Part shown: positions 1 through 11,542 of the stretch, one piece after another
Position numbering within the stretch: the first letter of the stretch is position 1
Layout of the letters: the number at the start of each line of letters is the position of its first letter
NCBI GenBank assembly: GCA_963708025.1
Contig: CAVPSB010000022.1
Location: forward strand, 160,001-224,000
From: an uncultured Candidatus Rokubacteria bacterium
Lineage (GTDB): Bacteria; Methylomirabilota; Methylomirabilia; Rokubacteriales; DASRDR01
Length of the DNA: 64,000 nucleotides
Direction of reading: 5' to 3'
Notes under the pieces: model-generated
What the model saw: only the letters and a program-made list of their open reading frames with translations
Told to the model about the DNA's origin: nothing
Databases searched by the model: none
Made by a program: the position numbers and the translations under genes

Positions 1-603
1 GTCGAGCGCCTGACGGACGAAGCGCGGCACGACCATCCCGTAGCGTCCGGTCTGCCGCGGCCCGACTGTGTTGAAGAAGCGAAGGATGACGACGGGCAGG
101 CCGCGCTCGCGATGATAGGCGAGCGCCAGGAACTCGTCGATCGCCTTCGAGCACGCGTAGCTCCACCGGCTCTTGGTGGTGGGACCCAGGACCCGGTCGT
201 CCTCCTCGCTCAGCGGCACCCGATCGTTCTTGCCATAGACCTCGGAGGTGGACGCCAGCACCACGCGCGTCAACCGATGGGCCGCGGCCCGCAGGACCAT
301 CTCGGTTCCCACGATGTTGGTCGCGATGGTCTCGACCGGCCGCTCCAGGATCAGCCGGACCCCGACTGCCGCCGCCAGGTGATAGACGACGTTGACGTCG
401 GCCACGAGTTTCTGGACGAGCGCCTCGTCCCGGACCGAACCGACGTGCAGCGTGAAGCGGGCGTGCCCCTGGATCGCCTGCAGGTTCTCGATCCGTCCGG
501 TTGACAGGTCGTCGAGGACGTTGACCTCGTCTCCGGCGGTCACCAGCGCCTCGGCGAGGTAGGACCCGATGAAGCCCGCCCCGCCGGTGATCAGCGCCTT
601 CAT
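1..603 (-). CDS. NAD-dependent nucleotide-sugar epimerase/dehydratase (extended SDR), 3' end outside window
   Basis: Not in the ORF track. Manual translation from ATG at 603: MKALITGGAGFIGSYLAEAL...DDLSTG; later HLAAAVGV, ASTSEVYGK and the YxxxK motif YACSK; runs off the left edge. Confidence 0.9.
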   Translation of the reverse strand, partial: MKALITGGAGFIGSYLAEALVTAGDEVNVLDDLSTGRIENLQAIQGHARFTLHVGSVRDEALVQKLVADVNVVYHLAAAVGVRLILERPVETIATNIVGTEMVLRAAAHRLTRVVLASTSEVYGKNDRVPLSEEDDRVLGPTTKSRWSYACSKAIDEFLALAYHRERGLPVVILRFFNTVGPRQTGRYGMVVPRFVRQALD

Positions 604-622
604 GCTCTCCCGCCGAGCCGGC

Positions 623-1930
623 TCAGAGCCGGACCACTTTCTCGCGCCCGGCCTTCACGTCGCGGGTCGCGTTCCGGGTGTCCAGGAGCAGCCGGGCGTG
701 CTCGACGATCCACTCGTAGTCGAAGACGGCATGATCGGTGTGGATGACCACGCACTCGCAGGCCGCGAGCGCCTCCGCGGTCAGCGCCACCGACTCGAGC
801 GTCGCCCCCTTGACCTGGACCCGGGGGATCAAGGGGTCGTGGTAGACGACGTCGATCCCGTGGTCCCGGAACAGCTCCAGGAGCTTGAGCGCGGGCGAGT
901 TCCGCACGTCGGCCACGTCCCGCTTGAACGTCACGCCCAGCACGAGGACCCGGCTTCCCAGCACGCGTCCGCCCCTGGCCACCAGGAGGCGGAGCAGCTT
1001 CTCGACCACGAAGTACGGCATGTTGGCGTTGACTTCCGCCGCCAGCGTGATGAAGTTCGTGTAGAAGTCGTACTCCTTCGCCTTCCAGGCCAGGTAGACG
1101 GGGTCCACGGGAATGCAGTGGCCGCCCACCCCCGGGCCCGGCTGGAAGCTCATGAACCCGAACGGCTTCGTCCCCGCGGCTTCCACGACCTCCCAGACAC
1201 TGATCCCCATCCGGTCGCACAGCATCGCCAGCTCGTTGACGAGCGCGATGTTCACGTTCCGGAAGATGTTCTCCAGGAGCTTGGCCGTCTCCGCGACCCG
1301 CGGGGACGAAACCGGCACGACCTCGACGACCGCCTTCTCGTAGAGCGCCGTCGCCAGCGACGTGCACAGCGGCGTCACGCCCCCGACCAGCTTGGGCGTG
1401 TTGCCGACATGGTAGTCGCGGTTGCCCGGGTCGACCCGCTCCGGCGAATAGGCCAGACAGAAGTCGTGCCCGACCCGGAGGCCGCCCCGCGCCAGAATCG
1501 GCACCAGCACTTCCTCGGTCGTGCCCGGGTACGTGGTGCTCTCCAGCACGATCAGCTGGCCCGGCCGGAGGCGCCGGCCGATCTCTTCCGTCGCGGCGCG
1601 GATGTACGAGAGGTCCGGCTCCCGGTTCGGGTTGAACGGCGTGGGCACGCAGACGACGATCGCGTCCAGCGTCTCCACGCCGTCCCAGGAGGTCTGGGCT
1701 CGGAGCCGTCCGGCGCCGACGACTGCCTGGAGATCCTCGACCCGGACGTCCCCGACGTAGCTCTCTCCGCGATTGACGCGCCGGACGCGCTCGGCGTCGG
1801 GATCGATCCCGCTGACCTGGAACCCAACCTTGGCGAACTCGATCGCGAGCGGCAGCCCGACGTACCCGAGCCCGGCCACCCCGACGGCCGCGCTCCGGTC
1901 GTCGATCCGAACTCGGCAGCGATTCATCAT
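623..1930 (-). CDS. Nucleotide-sugar 6-dehydrogenase (UDP-GlcNAc/UDP-ManNAc dehydrogenase, WbpA/WecC family)
   Basis: GLGYVG Rossmann motif, ESTTYPGTT, SPERVDPGN, KLLENIFR, catalytic GGHCIPVDP; start placed at MMNR. Confidence 0.92.
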   Translation of the reverse strand: MMNRCRVRIDDRSAAVGVAGLGYVGLPLAIEFAKVGFQVSGIDPDAERVRRVNRGESYVGDVRVEDLQAVVGAGRLRAQTSWDGVETLDAIVVCVPTPFNPNREPDLSYIRAATEEIGRRLRPGQLIVLESTTYPGTTEEVLVPILARGGLRVGHDFCLAYSPERVDPGNRDYHVGNTPKLVGGVTPLCTSLATALYEKAVVEVVPVSSPRVAETAKLLENIFRNVNIALVNELAMLCDRMGISVWEVVEAAGTKPFGFMSFQPGPGVGGHCIPVDPVYLAWKAKEYDFYTNFITLAAEVNANMPYFVVEKLLRLLVARGGRVLGSRVLVLGVTFKRDVADVRNSPALKLLELFRDHGIDVVYHDPLIPRVQVKGATLESVALTAEALAACECVVIHTDHAVFDYEWIVEHARLLLDTRNATRDVKAGREKVVRL

Positions 1931-1995
1931 GCGCAGCAGGCTCTTCTCAGCTCGCGACCCCTCACACCCTCTCGGATCTGGCGACAATCGCGGCC

Positions 1996-2024
1996 ATTAT
2001 TGACGCTTCGCGTCAGAGTGTCAA
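1996..2024 (-). promoter_or_regulatory. Putative sigma70 promoter for the dehydrogenase/epimerase genes
   Basis: Minus strand TTGACA-N17-AATAAT; the palindrome TGACGC-TTC-GCGTCA (2001-2015) occupies the spacer. Confidence 0.55.
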
Positions 2025-2057
2025 GGGAATCCGCCCCCTTTCCTTCGAATCGACCCA

Positions 2058-3836
2058 CTACCCGCCCGCTGACTCGAGCCGGAGCGCGCCGCGGATCACC
2101 GGCACGCCGCGGGCCGCGCACACTGCCTCCAACCTCCGCAGTCGGTCGCCCGGGATCTTCGTCGACGCCACGATGACCTCGGCGACCCGGTGCGTCGCGA
2201 GGAGATCCCCGGCCCGGTCGAGGCCCCCCAGGACCGGCACCTCGTGAATCCGGGTGCCGACCTTCGACCGGTCGTCATCGAGAAAGCCCACCGGTTGTCG
2301 CCGGAGCGCCGGATTCTTCCGCAACTCGCGCAGCATGAGCTCCCCGCCATCACCGGCCCCGTAGATCAGGACGCGGCGGAAATCGTCGCGGGCGGGGTGG
2401 AGCATCTCGCCGAGCAGCCGGGACGACACGCGGCTCGCCCCGAGCAACACGACGAGCAGCAGCCAGTCGAGCACGAACACGGCCCGCGACAGACCCGCGA
2501 GGCCGGTCACGAAGACGAAGTAGAGCACGGTCGCCCCGACCCCGGCGGTCGCGCCCTGCACCAGTCGGAGCAGATCCGGGAGGCTGGTGTACTGCCAGAG
2601 GCCGCGATAGCTCCCGAAGAGCGCCAACGAGGAGATCTGCAGCACGATCACCGGGGCGACGGTCCCCAGGAACACCTCGCGGTGCTGCTCGAAGTCGACC
2701 TCGAACCGCAGAAGGTACGCGGCGTAGTACGCGACCACGATCAACACGAGGTCGATGCTGACGGTCGCCACGTGACGCTTGAACGGGAAGTCCTCGACGA
2801 GTCGCACGATCGGCGCATCGGCGCGCGCCGCATCATCGAGCGCGACGACCTGCACCCGGCTCAGGTGGACGCCCAGCAGGCAGAGCCCGACCAGCAGGAG
2901 GGCCAAGAGCACGACGGTGTGGGTGAACCCGTACCGGTACGACAGGACCGCGAGCAACCCCGACAGCACGGAGACCGTGAAGAAGAGCGCGAGCGCCTGG
3001 CGCTCCGTGATCCCGAGGCCGACGAGCCGGTGGGAGGTGTGGTCCCGTCCCCCCCGAGAGACCGGCCGGCCCGTGATCAGCCGGGTCAGGGTGACGAAGG
3101 TCGTATCGAAGATCGGGATGAGCATGAGGAGCACCGGGAGGACCAACACGGCGGCAATGCCCCGCGAGTACGCGGAGTACTCGCTCACGAGGCAGAGGCC
3201 ACTGAGGAAGAAGCCGATGAACAGGCTGCCGGCGTCCCCCATGAAGACCTTGGCCGGAGGCAAGTTCCGGACGAGGAACCCGGCGACCGCCCCCATGAAG
3301 GCGGCCGTCAGCTGGGCGCCGGCGCGATCCCCGTCCATCAGGAAGAAGGCCAGCCGGAATCCGGCCGCGATGACGGCCAGGCCCCCCGCCAGCCCGTCCA
3401 TGTTGTCGAGAAGGTTGAACGCGTTGGTGATCCCGACGATCCAGAAGAGGGTGAGGAACACGTTGAGCAAGGGGGACCCCGTCAGGCGCAGCAGGAACCC
3501 GAACTTCATGAGGGCGGCGGCGAGGACGATCTGCGCCACCAGCTTCGCCTGGGGCCGGAGCGGCCGGATGTCGTCGAACAGGCCGACCAGCCCCATGACG
3601 AGGGCCGCGGCCACGAAGGGCCCGAATCGCCCGACCGCCCCCGGGACGGCCACCATCGCGACGAGCACGCCGGCCATGATGGCGACCCCGCCCAGCAGCG
3701 GGACGGGCGCTCGATGCCACCGATCCTCGCGGGGCTGCGTCACGAGACCGCCGCGCCGGGCGCGGCGCTCGCACCCGAGGGTGGCCGCGAGCGAAGCCAC
3801 GAGACCGGCGAGAAACGGACCGACGAGCGCGGTCAC
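2058..3836 (-). CDS. WecA/MraY-family polyprenyl-phosphate HexNAc-1-P transferase fused to a CapD-type membrane + CoA-binding-like region
   Basis: GLFDD, NAFNLLDNMDGL, FMGDAGS and DHTSHRL motifs; C-terminus YRGLWQYTS...RVLIYGAGDGG...VGFLDDD resembles the N-terminal half of CapD/WbpM. Confidence 0.88.
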   Translation of the reverse strand: MTALVGPFLAGLVASLAATLGCERRARRGGLVTQPREDRWHRAPVPLLGGVAIMAGVLVAMVAVPGAVGRFGPFVAAALVMGLVGLFDDIRPLRPQAKLVAQIVLAAALMKFGFLLRLTGSPLLNVFLTLFWIVGITNAFNLLDNMDGLAGGLAVIAAGFRLAFFLMDGDRAGAQLTAAFMGAVAGFLVRNLPPAKVFMGDAGSLFIGFFLSGLCLVSEYSAYSRGIAAVLVLPVLLMLIPIFDTTFVTLTRLITGRPVSRGGRDHTSHRLVGLGITERQALALFFTVSVLSGLLAVLSYRYGFTHTVVLLALLLVGLCLLGVHLSRVQVVALDDAARADAPIVRLVEDFPFKRHVATVSIDLVLIVVAYYAAYLLRFEVDFEQHREVFLGTVAPVIVLQISSLALFGSYRGLWQYTSLPDLLRLVQGATAGVGATVLYFVFVTGLAGLSRAVFVLDWLLLVVLLGASRVSSRLLGEMLHPARDDFRRVLIYGAGDGGELMLRELRKNPALRRQPVGFLDDDRSKVGTRIHEVPVLGGLDRAGDLLATHRVAEVIVASTKIPGDRLRRLEAVCAARGVPVIRGALRLESAGG

Positions 3837-5014
3837 AGGCGCCCGGCCCGACGCTTCTCGCGGACCAGCTCGGTGTAGAGTCGGTCCACGTCCGCCAGGA
3901 GCCGCTCGGCGCCGAAGGCGCCGGCGACCCGCTTCCGCCCCGCCGCGCCCATGGCCTGGCGCCGCTCCGGATCCGCGAGCAGCGCGCGAAGGGCCCCGGC
4001 CACTGCCCCGGCGTCCCCCTCCGGCGCCAGGCAGCCGCTCACACCGTCCTCCACGAGGTCCGGCACGCCGCCGACGCGCGTCGCGACCACCGGCCGGGCG
4101 GCGGCCATGGCCTCGATCAGCGAGACCGGCAAGCCCTCGTTGCGAGAGGTCAGCACCACGACGTCGAGATCCGCATAGATCCGGTCCAGGTCCCGCCGCC
4201 AGCCGAGGAAGCGCACCCGCCCGGGCGGCCCCTGGCGGGCCGCCAAGGCCTCGAGCTCCGCCCGCCGCTCCCCGTCCCCGACGACGAGGAAGCGCGCCTC
4301 GGGCAGCTCCCGCCCGATGCGCGCCGCCGCGTCCAGAAAGACCTCGTGGGCCTTGATCGGCACCAACCGGGCCACGATGCCGATCAGGGGAACACCGCCG
4401 CCGATCCCCAGCTCGGCCCGAAGCCGGCCACGGACGGCCTCGCAGTCGAGGAACCGGTCCAGGTCGAGGCCGAGGGGGATCACCACCAGGCGCTCCGGGG
4501 TCCCGATCCCGAGGTGGAGCAGCTCGGCCCGCACCGCCTCACCGACCGTGACGAGCCGGTCGGTCCGCCGGCCGAGCCAGCGCTCGACGCCCAGGAAGAG
4601 ACGGGTCGTGGCGGCGGAGAAGTAGCCGCGAAAGACGTGGCCGTGGTAGGTGTGCACGACCACCGGCACCCGCGCGAGCAGCGCAGCCACCCGCCCGAGC
4701 GTCCCGGCCTTCGCCGTGTGGGTATGGACGATGTGTGGCCGCACGCGCCGCATCAGCCGGGTGAGCGCCCGCAGCGCCGCCAGATCCGACGCGCCCCGGA
4801 TCTGCCGTCCGAGCTCAGGCAGCACCAGCACGCGCTCGAGCGATCCTCCGTGCAGCGCGAGGTAGTTCCCCTCGGACGGCGTCTCGACGCCGGTCACCAG
4901 GAGCGAGTCGTAACGGGTCGGGTCCAGGCGCTCCGTGAGGAGCGTGGCGTGCAGCGCCGGACCGCCGACGTTCAGGCGGGCGATCACCCGCAGCACGCGG
5001 ATCCGCTCGCTCAT
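3833..5014 (-). CDS. Glycosyltransferase family 4
   Basis: RVIARLNVGGPA, HTHTAKAG, EGLPVSLIEAMAAARPVVAT; start trimmed to MSERIRV. Confidence 0.92.
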   Translation of the reverse strand: MSERIRVLRVIARLNVGGPALHATLLTERLDPTRYDSLLVTGVETPSEGNYLALHGGSLERVLVLPELGRQIRGASDLAALRALTRLMRRVRPHIVHTHTAKAGTLGRVAALLARVPVVVHTYHGHVFRGYFSAATTRLFLGVERWLGRRTDRLVTVGEAVRAELLHLGIGTPERLVVIPLGLDLDRFLDCEAVRGRLRAELGIGGGVPLIGIVARLVPIKAHEVFLDAAARIGRELPEARFLVVGDGERRAELEALAARQGPPGRVRFLGWRRDLDRIYADLDVVVLTSRNEGLPVSLIEAMAAARPVVATRVGGVPDLVEDGVSGCLAPEGDAGAVAGALRALLADPERRQAMGAAGRKRVAGAFGAERLLADVDRLYTELVREKRRAGRL

Positions 5015-5027
5015 CGCTCGTCCGCGA

Positions 5028-5210
5028 TCATGCCGGCAACACGGCCACGAAGAGGTCGTAGCCGAGGTAGGAGCCGGCCTTGCCGGCGGCGGGCCACTCG
5101 CCGCGCAGCAAGGCTTCCGCGGCGTCCAGGTAGCGCCCGGTATCGCCGCCGGCACGGACACCGAGGCGTCCGAAGAGGACCGCCTGGACCAGGGCCCGGA
5201 CGGCGGCCAT
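5028..5210 (-). pseudogene. Short fragment resembling the N-terminus of a GT-C-type membrane protein
   Basis: Hydrophobic helix followed by GGDTGRYLDAAEALL...YLGYDLFVA, then a stop after about 60 aa. Confidence 0.35.
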
Positions 5211-5300
5211 CGCGGCCCCGGTCCGGACGCGAGGCGCTGGAGCCCAGACCGGAACCATGCGCAACCTCCTGGGGCTCCGAGGGCAGGCGCTTCCCGGTCA

Positions 5301-5518
<218 letters not shown>

Positions 5519-5814
5519 CGCTCGGCGAGAGGCGCGGGTCGGCGCTCGGCCGGCTGGTCGCGCCGGCAGCGCGCGAAGCGGTGCCCCCGGCTGGCCCGGA
5601 CGACGAAACGGGGGCGCAAGTTGATTGATTCCGCCACCGAATCGCGTCAAGATAGCGGGCGTCGATGGCCGGGAACTGGCGGCTCCGGTCGAGCTCGCGA
5701 ACGCGCTGAGGCCGGAAGTGGTGGAGAGTGCGCCTGCGCTCGGGGTTCGCCCGACGACCGCGTTTGCAGCCAGGGCCCAACCCGAGCGCACGGACCCGAG
5801 GAGGCGAGGCAGCG

Positions 5815-6894
5815 ATGAGAGAGTTCACCTTCGGCCGGAGCCGGGTCTCGCAGGCGGGACCCTGCTACGTCATCGCCGAGATCGGCCACAACCACCAGGG
5901 CAGCACGGACCAGGCCGTCCGCATGATCCAGGTCGCCGCCACCATGGGCGCCAACGCGGTCAAGCTCCAGAAGCGGGACAACCGGCGCCTCTTCACGCGG
6001 GCGATGTACGACAAGTCGTACGAGAACGAGAACAGCTTCGGCGCCACCTACGGCCAGCATCGCGAGGCCCTGGAGTTCGGGATGGAGCAGTACCGGGCCC
6101 TCCAGCGCTGCGCCGAGGAGCACGGGGTCGAGTTCCTGGCCACCGCCTTCGACGAGGGGAGCGTGGACTTCCTCGAGGAACTCGGCGTCCCGGCCTACAA
6201 GACCGCCTCGGGCGACGTCACCAACACCCCGCTCCTCGAGTACATCGCGCGCATCGGGAAGCCCATGTTCGTCTCCACCGGCGCCGCCAGCCTGGACGAG
6301 GTCCGCCTCGCCTACCGGGCGATCACCAAGCACCACGACCTCGTCTGTCTCCTGCACTGCACGGCCGGCTACCCGACCGAGTACGAGAAGCTGAACCTCC
6401 GGGCCATCGTCACCATGAAGGAGGAGTTCCCGAACGCGGTCATCGGCTATTCCGGCCACGACACCGGCATCCTGGCCCCCTCCGTCGCCTACATGCTCGG
6501 CGCCACCGTCGTCGAGAAGCACTTCACCCTCAACCGCGCCTGGAAGGGGAACGACCACAAGTTCTCCCTGGAGCCCACCGGGCTCCAGAAGATGGTCCGC
6601 GACCTCCGCCGGATCGACATCGTCATGGGCGACGGGGTCAAGGCGGTCCAGGACTTCGAGCGGGACGCCCGCGTCAAGATGGGCAAGAGCCTCTACGCGG
6701 CGCGGGACCTCCCGGCCGGCGCGGTGCTGCGCCGCGAGGATGTCAGCCTCAAGTCCCCCGGCGGCGGCGTGCCTCCCTACCGCCTCGGGGAGTTCGTCGG
6801 CAAGCGCCTGCGCCGCGCGGTCGGCGAGGAAGAGGCGCTCACCGACGACCACCTCGACGACGAGCGCCGCCCCGGCGCCCCGAATGCCCCATGA
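5815..6894 (+). CDS. neuB: N-acetylneuraminate synthase family protein (NeuB/SpsE-like) with C-terminal SAF domain
   Basis: IAEIGHNHQG, KLQKRD, LLHCTAGYP, GYSGHD, VVEKHFTL, DHKFSLEP; GAGGAGG upstream. Confidence 0.92.
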   Translation: MREFTFGRSRVSQAGPCYVIAEIGHNHQGSTDQAVRMIQVAATMGANAVKLQKRDNRRLFTRAMYDKSYENENSFGATYGQHREALEFGMEQYRALQRCAEEHGVEFLATAFDEGSVDFLEELGVPAYKTASGDVTNTPLLEYIARIGKPMFVSTGAASLDEVRLAYRAITKHHDLVCLLHCTAGYPTEYEKLNLRAIVTMKEEFPNAVIGYSGHDTGILAPSVAYMLGATVVEKHFTLNRAWKGNDHKFSLEPTGLQKMVRDLRRIDIVMGDGVKAVQDFERDARVKMGKSLYAARDLPAGAVLRREDVSLKSPGGGVPPYRLGEFVGKRLRRAVGEEEALTDDHLDDERRPGAPNAP

Positions 6895-7023
6895 GGGGAG
6901 CCCCCGCTCGGTCCGACGGCGCGACCGGGCCGCGACCACGCCGCCGGGCTCGACGCTGACCGTGCGCGCCTCCCGCGGCTGGCCGCGAGGCGCGTGGCGC
7001 GGCCAGGACCCACCCATCCAGGG

Positions 7024-8454
7024 ATGCCGACGATGACGGACCCCGGCGGCCAGCCGCCCGCGCGCCGGCTGGGGGTGACGCTGATCGGCAAGGGGTCCAT
7101 GAACACGCTGCACGGCCAGGACCTCGTCGACCAGTTCGGCCAGCGCGGGGTTCACGTCTCCTTCCTCCTCCGGGAAGACTACGAGGGGCTCGTGAACCGC
7201 CTCGAGCGCTGCGCGTACCGGACGGTCCGGTTTCCCCCCGAGGAGGGGCAGCAGCGGCTCTGGCGGGATGTCTGTCGCTACCTGCGGGAGCTGTACCCCC
7301 AGGGCGGGATGGGGCGCCGGAAGGCCGACAGCGTGAAGGGTGGCTGGTGGCGACAGGCCCGGCACGGCATCATGCGGCTGCTCTCCCACTCCAAGACGGT
7401 GATGCGGCTGGCGTTCGCCCTCGAGCGCCGGCTCTATCGATCCGAGACGGTCGAGGGACTGGCCCCCGGTGACCTCGACCAGCTCCTCGTGCTGAACGTG
7501 GGCGGCGAGCGCAGCGAGCTGGAGGCCCGGCTGGTCTGGTGGGCGCGGCGGCACGGCATCCCCGTCGTGCATCAGGTGGGGAACTACGACACGTTGACCT
7601 CGAAGGGGTATCCGGGGGTGCCGGTCGACCGGCTGCTGGTCTGGGGCCCGACCATGGTGGAGGACGCGCTCCGGCTCCACGACTTCCAGGAGCGCCAGCT
7701 CAGGGTGACCGGCTCCCTCAAGCACGACCGCATGCGGCGGGACGCCCTGTTCGACCGGGCGACGTTCCTCGAGAAGCGCGGCCTGGACCCCGCGAAGAAG
7801 GTCATTCTCTTCGCCGGACCGCTCGGGGAGTACCACTACTTCGAGATGCTCCAGACCCTCGAGGAGATGCGGGAGCAAGGGGCCGAGCACCAGCTGATCC
7901 TCCGGCTCTACCCGGACAAGAACCTGATGCGCTCCCCCTACGCCCGGCCGCTGATCAAGTACGCCCAGGGGGTGCCCGGCGTCTACGTGAGCGTCGGGGA
8001 TCCGCACTACCGCGTCGGCTTCCCGGGACAGGACGTGCCGAACATCGAGCAGGAAGAGCTCTGGCACTCGATCCGGTACGCCGACGTGATCGTCAACGTG
8101 TTCTCCACCATCACCCTGGAAGCCTCCCTCTTCGACCGACCCTCCGTCTACATGGCCTACCTCCCGATGAAGGGCTACGCCTGGCTCCATCCGCCGCACT
8201 ACGCGGACTACGGGAGCCTGCTCCACAACCGCCGGCTGCAGGAGTACGGCGCGGTCCGCAGGGCGAGGAACCGCAAGGAGCTGGTCGCCCTGATCGAGGA
8301 GGCCCTCGCGCATCCCGAGCGGGACCTGGCGGGGCGACGGCGAGCCGTGGAGCGGGAGCTGGGGCCGGTCGACGGCCAGGTGTGCCGCCGCGTGGTCGAG
8401 GCGGTCTGCGAAGCCTTCGCCGAGCGCCGGCCCGCCCCCGCCGGCCGCGCATGA
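7024..8454 (+). CDS. GT-B-fold protein (CDP-glycerol glycerophosphotransferase-like), candidate nonulosonate transferase
   Basis: NYDTLTSKG, LLVWGPTM, LRLYP, DVIVNVFSTITLEASLFDRP, LGPVDG; lies between neuB and neuA. Start 7024 or 7033. Confidence 0.55.
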   Translation: MPTMTDPGGQPPARRLGVTLIGKGSMNTLHGQDLVDQFGQRGVHVSFLLREDYEGLVNRLERCAYRTVRFPPEEGQQRLWRDVCRYLRELYPQGGMGRRKADSVKGGWWRQARHGIMRLLSHSKTVMRLAFALERRLYRSETVEGLAPGDLDQLLVLNVGGERSELEARLVWWARRHGIPVVHQVGNYDTLTSKGYPGVPVDRLLVWGPTMVEDALRLHDFQERQLRVTGSLKHDRMRRDALFDRATFLEKRGLDPAKKVILFAGPLGEYHYFEMLQTLEEMREQGAEHQLILRLYPDKNLMRSPYARPLIKYAQGVPGVYVSVGDPHYRVGFPGQDVPNIEQEELWHSIRYADVIVNVFSTITLEASLFDRPSVYMAYLPMKGYAWLHPPHYADYGSLLHNRRLQEYGAVRRARNRKELVALIEEALAHPERDLAGRRRAVERELGPVDGQVCRRVVEAVCEAFAERRPAPAGRA

Positions 8455-9266
8455 GCTCGCCGGCGCGGCTCTTCGACCTCACCGGCAAGGTCGCCGTCGT
8501 CACCGGCGCCGCCGGGCAGCTCGGCGGCGAGTACGTCCGCGCGCTGCTCGGGGCCGGCGCCGCGGTGGCGGCCCTGGACGTCTGGCCCGAGAACCCCAAG
8601 TCAACCCTCCACGGTCTCCCGGCCGACCGGTCGCTGGTCCTGAAGGTGGACGTGACGCGCAAGTCGGACCTCGGCCGGAGTCTCGACGAGATCACGGCGA
8701 AGCTGGGCCGGCCCCACGTCCTGGTCAACAACGCCGGCATCGACGCCCCCCCGAACGCGACCGACCAGGCGACGGGGCCGTTCGAGGAGTACCCGGAGTC
8801 GGCCTGGGACGCGATGATGGAGGTGAACCTGAAAGGGGTGTTCCTCTGCTGCCAGGTCTTCGGCACCCACATGGCCGAGGGCGGCGGGGGCAGCATCGTC
8901 AACATCGCGTCGATCTACGGCGTCCTGTCCCCCGACCAGCGGCTCTACGCCTACCGGGCCCAGAGCGGCAAGCCGTTCGTCAAGCCGGTCGCCTACAGCG
9001 TCTCCAAGTCGGGGATCCTCAACCTGACGCGCTATCTCGCGACGTACTGGGCCGGCCGCAACGTCCGGGTCAACACGCTGACCCTCGGCGGGGTGTTCAA
9101 CCACCAGGACGCCGCCTTCCTCGAGGGCTACTGCGACAAGGTCCCCCTGGGTCGCATGGCGCGAGCCGACGAGTACAACGGCGCGATCCTCTTCCTCGCC
9201 TCGGACGCCTCCTCCTACATGACGGGATCGAACCTCGTCATCGACGGGGGATTCAGTGCCTGGTGA
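8451..9266 (+). CDS. Short-chain dehydrogenase/reductase (PtmA-like)
   Basis: VTGAAGQLG, LVNNAG, YSVSK, YMTGSNLVIDGG; ATGA overlap with the previous gene. Confidence 0.9.
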   Translation: MSSPARLFDLTGKVAVVTGAAGQLGGEYVRALLGAGAAVAALDVWPENPKSTLHGLPADRSLVLKVDVTRKSDLGRSLDEITAKLGRPHVLVNNAGIDAPPNATDQATGPFEEYPESAWDAMMEVNLKGVFLCCQVFGTHMAEGGGGSIVNIASIYGVLSPDQRLYAYRAQSGKPFVKPVAYSVSKSGILNLTRYLATYWAGRNVRVNTLTLGGVFNHQDAAFLEGYCDKVPLGRMARADEYNGAILFLASDASSYMTGSNLVIDGGFSAW

Positions 9267-9275
9267 GGGACCTCC

Positions 9276-10690
<1,415 letters not shown>

Positions 10691-10815
10691 CCGGCAAACG
10701 CTGGGCCTAGCGCTTGGGGACGTCGGCCTGGCCGGGGGACTCCGGCCCTGGCTATGCGACCTCCACGCAGTCACCAGTAGCCGAGTTCGAGTTAGGCCGA
10801 CAGTGAGCAGCATTG

Positions 10816-11256
10816 ATGGCTGAGCGAACTATCGAACCGATGGGAGCCAGTGACTTCGGCCCCTGCGCCTGTTGCGGCGCGAGTACGAGTAGTCGTCGCG
10901 TCTGGGGCGAGATCGTGTACGAGGATCGGACTGAAGCCGTCTATTACGTACATTGGACCCTCGGAGCCGTGGACACGCATGGCGCTCATTTCGATCTCAT
11001 CGTGGGCCGTTGGGGCGACGGAAGTACCGCCGCGGATCGGCAGGCAGTCTCTTTGGAGTTCCGCCGAACCGAGCGGGGGCCCGAATTCATGGTAATCGAT
11101 GCAGGTAGTCGAGATGTCGGATCTAGCACCCTCATTGGGCGCGCACTTGATCGTGCGGAGGTGATCGGAACGCCGCTTGCTCGAACGATCTTTGCGATCG
11201 TGGACACTATCTGGCTCAAGGACCAGCGTGTCCGAGAGATCACCGGTGCGGCCTAA
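10816..11256 (+). CDS. Hypothetical protein (integron cassette cargo)
   Basis: ORF preceded by GTTAGGC (10791-10797); its TAA stop lies inside the GCCTAAC of attC2; N-terminal CxCCG. Confidence 0.75.
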   Translation: MAERTIEPMGASDFGPCACCGASTSSRRVWGEIVYEDRTEAVYYVHWTLGAVDTHGAHFDLIVGRWGDGSTAADRQAVSLEFRRTERGPEFMVIDAGSRDVGSSTLIGRALDRAEVIGTPLARTIFAIVDTIWLKDQRVREITGAA

Positions 11257-11354
11257 CAACGAGATGCAGCTGACGGGCCGCGTTTTCGGTAGCGTGCGCA
11301 TTCGCGCACGCCTCGTCATTGTCTCGCGGCCCGCAGCTGATCTCGGTGTTTGGC
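11251..11354 (+). repeat. attC site 2
   Basis: R'' GCCTAAC; GAGAT(G)CAGCTG(A)CGGGCCGCG pairs with CGCGGCCCGCAGCTGATCTC; R' GTTTGGC; 104 bp. Confidence 0.9.
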
Positions 11355-11377
11355 AACGCCGGAGGGGGCAGGGACTC

Positions 11378-11542
11378 GTGAAAGACTTTGAGGTCATCGA
11401 AGCCTTCGTCGCGCATCTCCGGGACCGGGGGTACCCTCGCCCGGTGGTCGATAGCTGGCCTGATAAGGGGAACAGTGAGTCGTCCGACATCGACGCGATC
11501 AGTGTGTATCACCGCGCTGCACGGCGTCGTCCGTCGGGCTGA
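11378..11542 (+). pseudogene. Probably truncated cassette ORF
   Basis: GTG after attC2 with a GGAGGGG RBS-like sequence; VKDFEVIEAFVAHLRDRGYP...SSDIDAI, then ends without a following attC. Confidence 0.5.
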
